From contig CM121343.1 in NCBI GenBank assembly GCA_051530055.1, positions 6,728,389 to 6,792,388 of the forward strand: DNA of 64,000 bases. The letters are read 5' to 3'. Below are positions 62,027-64,000 of this stretch, piece by piece (position 1 is the stretch's first letter; each line of letters begins with the position of its first letter). The translations under genes were made by a program, and so were the position numbers. The notes beneath the pieces are model-generated. The model had not been told where the DNA came from. It saw nothing but the letters and a program-made list of their open reading frames with translations, and did not search any database. The stretch comes from Neoechinorhynchus agilis (Eukaryota > Animalia > Acanthocephala).

Positions 62027-62786
62027 TTTTTGAGTAAAAAGTGAGAATTAGTTACAAGATTGATCATTTTTAACTCAAAAATTTCAATATTTTCTTTACA
62101 GAAAGGTATAAATGCACGAGTACTCTTGCGCTCGTTTAAATGCCGCAGAATAAAGATAAATTCAGCATCAGCGGAGCGTCCAACATAAACAACAAAGGGA
62201 TAATATTCGTTCAATCAGATTAATTTACAATGACAAACCTTGTGGAAATGTCGGAAATATCCGGTGTAAAATCGGAAATAAATCAGCGAATTTAAATCCG
62301 AGAATTGAAGGAATTTTATCAAACTCGATATTTCGGCACAATCTTGTACCTAAGATTCAATTCTCTGCAATAAACAAACACATAAATATGTTAAATTGTT
62401 TAACTGACTTTTTAATGTTTCCCAAAACCTCGAAATGATCTTTTTTTCACTTCGTATTGCTCATTTCGTCGAGCATTTCCGCCTAGGTCGAGGAGTTGCA
62501 GTTTTTGCGCTAATCGCATAATCAAATGGACAAAATAAACATCTTACTCCGCGTGATTGAAAAGGATGATTAAATTATGTTGTTGAATACGTCGAATTTT
62601 ATGACACAATAAATCATCAATTCAGTGTGCTAAAATCGTGTTTATTCTTAATTTAACCACTTTTTTAACGGGTTCCCTAGCTTTTTCGAAAGACTACGAC
62701 CACCCGAGCCTAGACTCTTTTTTTAACATCTTTATGCAAAAAACTAAGAGCATTTTAAAGAATTTTTTTATGTAAATGGGAACCTT

Positions 62787-63936
62787 TCATCTCCTCTTCA
62801 CTAATAAACTTTTAATGACTAATAAAAACGGTTTAGATTCTCTTATAACAAGCAGAAGGCAACCTCCAAGAAGTCCAGCGGCGTACAAAACACGGCTGAA
62901 AAGGAAGAAAATAATAGTAAATTCTCGTTCCTCTTTTTTTGCTTCTTTGAGCGAGGGATGAAAGGAGTACTTTCTGTAGAGCTTTGAGATCAACTCTAGA
63001 CCCAGGCACTCCACTCTTCCCAATTGAAAATAAAGCAAGCACAACGACATGACGAACCGAGTGACTTGAGAAAACCAATTTTAAATTTGAGAATCGATAC
63101 CTATTGCGTTTTCTGGTAGATTATTATTATTGCTGTTTTAAGTCACGACAAGCGAAACATTTATTTGTGATATTCCTACGTTATAGGATCATTTTCAATC
63201 TCGATTGCATTTCATCTGAGAAAAACTTGGGAATAATGAAAAGGCTGGTGATTATAAGCGCGTAGACGAATATCGGTAAAACGGCCGTAAAACTCTTGAT
63301 CCTCACAATATATCCTATTGTGACTGTAGAAACTCCTGCAACCACGGCGAACGCGTTAGCGAATTTTATAAAAGAAGCAAGAGTTAATCTTCTTTGCTTC
63401 CTTCTTGAATCTCTTCGAGATGATACAGTGGGCAAATAGACATTTCCACGATTACTCCTTTCTGATGAATCGATTTCGGTATCGTCGATTGAAAAAAGAT
63501 CCATACTGTTGTTGACTCGAGAAGGATTCGTGTCTTTTGAGCCAGGCTGTTTAGGCACTGCATGAAATTGAGTTCGCGTAATATCCATGATATCGGAATG
63601 TCTGTTGCTTCTACCAACAATAAAGCAATGTACCAAAGCACTAAAGTCCATAAGGACGATTATGTATAAAAGTGAAAATTCCACTGTGTGGTTCGGTGAT
63701 TCTATTGATGATCCTAACGGACTGAAAACGTACATTGCAATCCACAACGCTGAATGTTTAGCCACATAAAGAACCATCGTTGCTTTTGATACTGCTTTGG
63801 ATGTGTTTATCAGAATTGACAATAAAATTTGAGGATATAGCTGAAATATTTCAAACAAAAGACTGAACCAATGCATGACGAATGCTGATTTGATTTTGTT
63901 TAAAGGACGAAGCTTCATTGACAAGAATGTAACCAA
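62787..63936 (-). CDS. Unidentified multi-pass membrane protein; large exon 63936-63181, probably spliced to 63132-63101 and 63064-62787; 5' end uncertain
   Basis: 251-codon stop-free frame with several hydrophobic segments; phase-compatible GT-AG intron 63100-63065; family not recognised. Confidence 0.5.
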
Positions 63937-64000
63937 ATGAACTTCGTTTCCTATATGAGTGAAAATAATACAGTGGCTCCAAATGTAGCGACTGATGCTC

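Noticed and set aside
63140-63194. Fifth AATG...TT hairpin intron in the membrane-protein gene
   Set aside because: End pairing is weak, and a phase-compatible GT-AG intron (donor in CCCAA/GTTTTT, acceptor 63133) explains the break.

Overview
Eukaryotic (metazoan, invertebrate-type) genomic DNA with mostly very short introns (40-70 nt). The organism cannot be named from the sequence. The supplied ORF track uses TTG/GTG starts and ignores splicing, so I rebuilt gene models by hand. Host genes: 3' part of a G-alpha-s-like subunit, a compact HOIP/RNF31-like RBR-LDD ligase, a 7-exon RBFOX gene, a PRA1/ARL6IP5 gene, a ~3,400-aa WNK kinase, topoisomerase I, an ADAMTS-like metalloprotease, SURF6 and an unidentified membrane protein. 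Repeats: seven CRE-clade non-LTR fragments, a Gypsy element with a nested L2/CR1-type LINE, a Penelope-like GIY-YIG relic with dispersed hammerhead-like motifs, several MITE-like inverted repeats, six unrelated tandem arrays and three recent copies of an orphan 223-aa ORF unit. No rRNA, tRNA or CRISPR array was seen. Most notable: at several frame breaks in otherwise intact genes (clearest in PRA1, then ADAMTS-like, weaker in G-alpha-s and HOIP), the reading frame is restored by removing a 38-56 nt segment. These segments lack GT-AG ends (A...TT ends, three of four TA-bounded) and fold into an end-to-end hairpin with G.U pairs. They are candidates for a non-canonical structured intron or excision system, but assembly indels or pseudogenisation cannot be excluded without RNA data.
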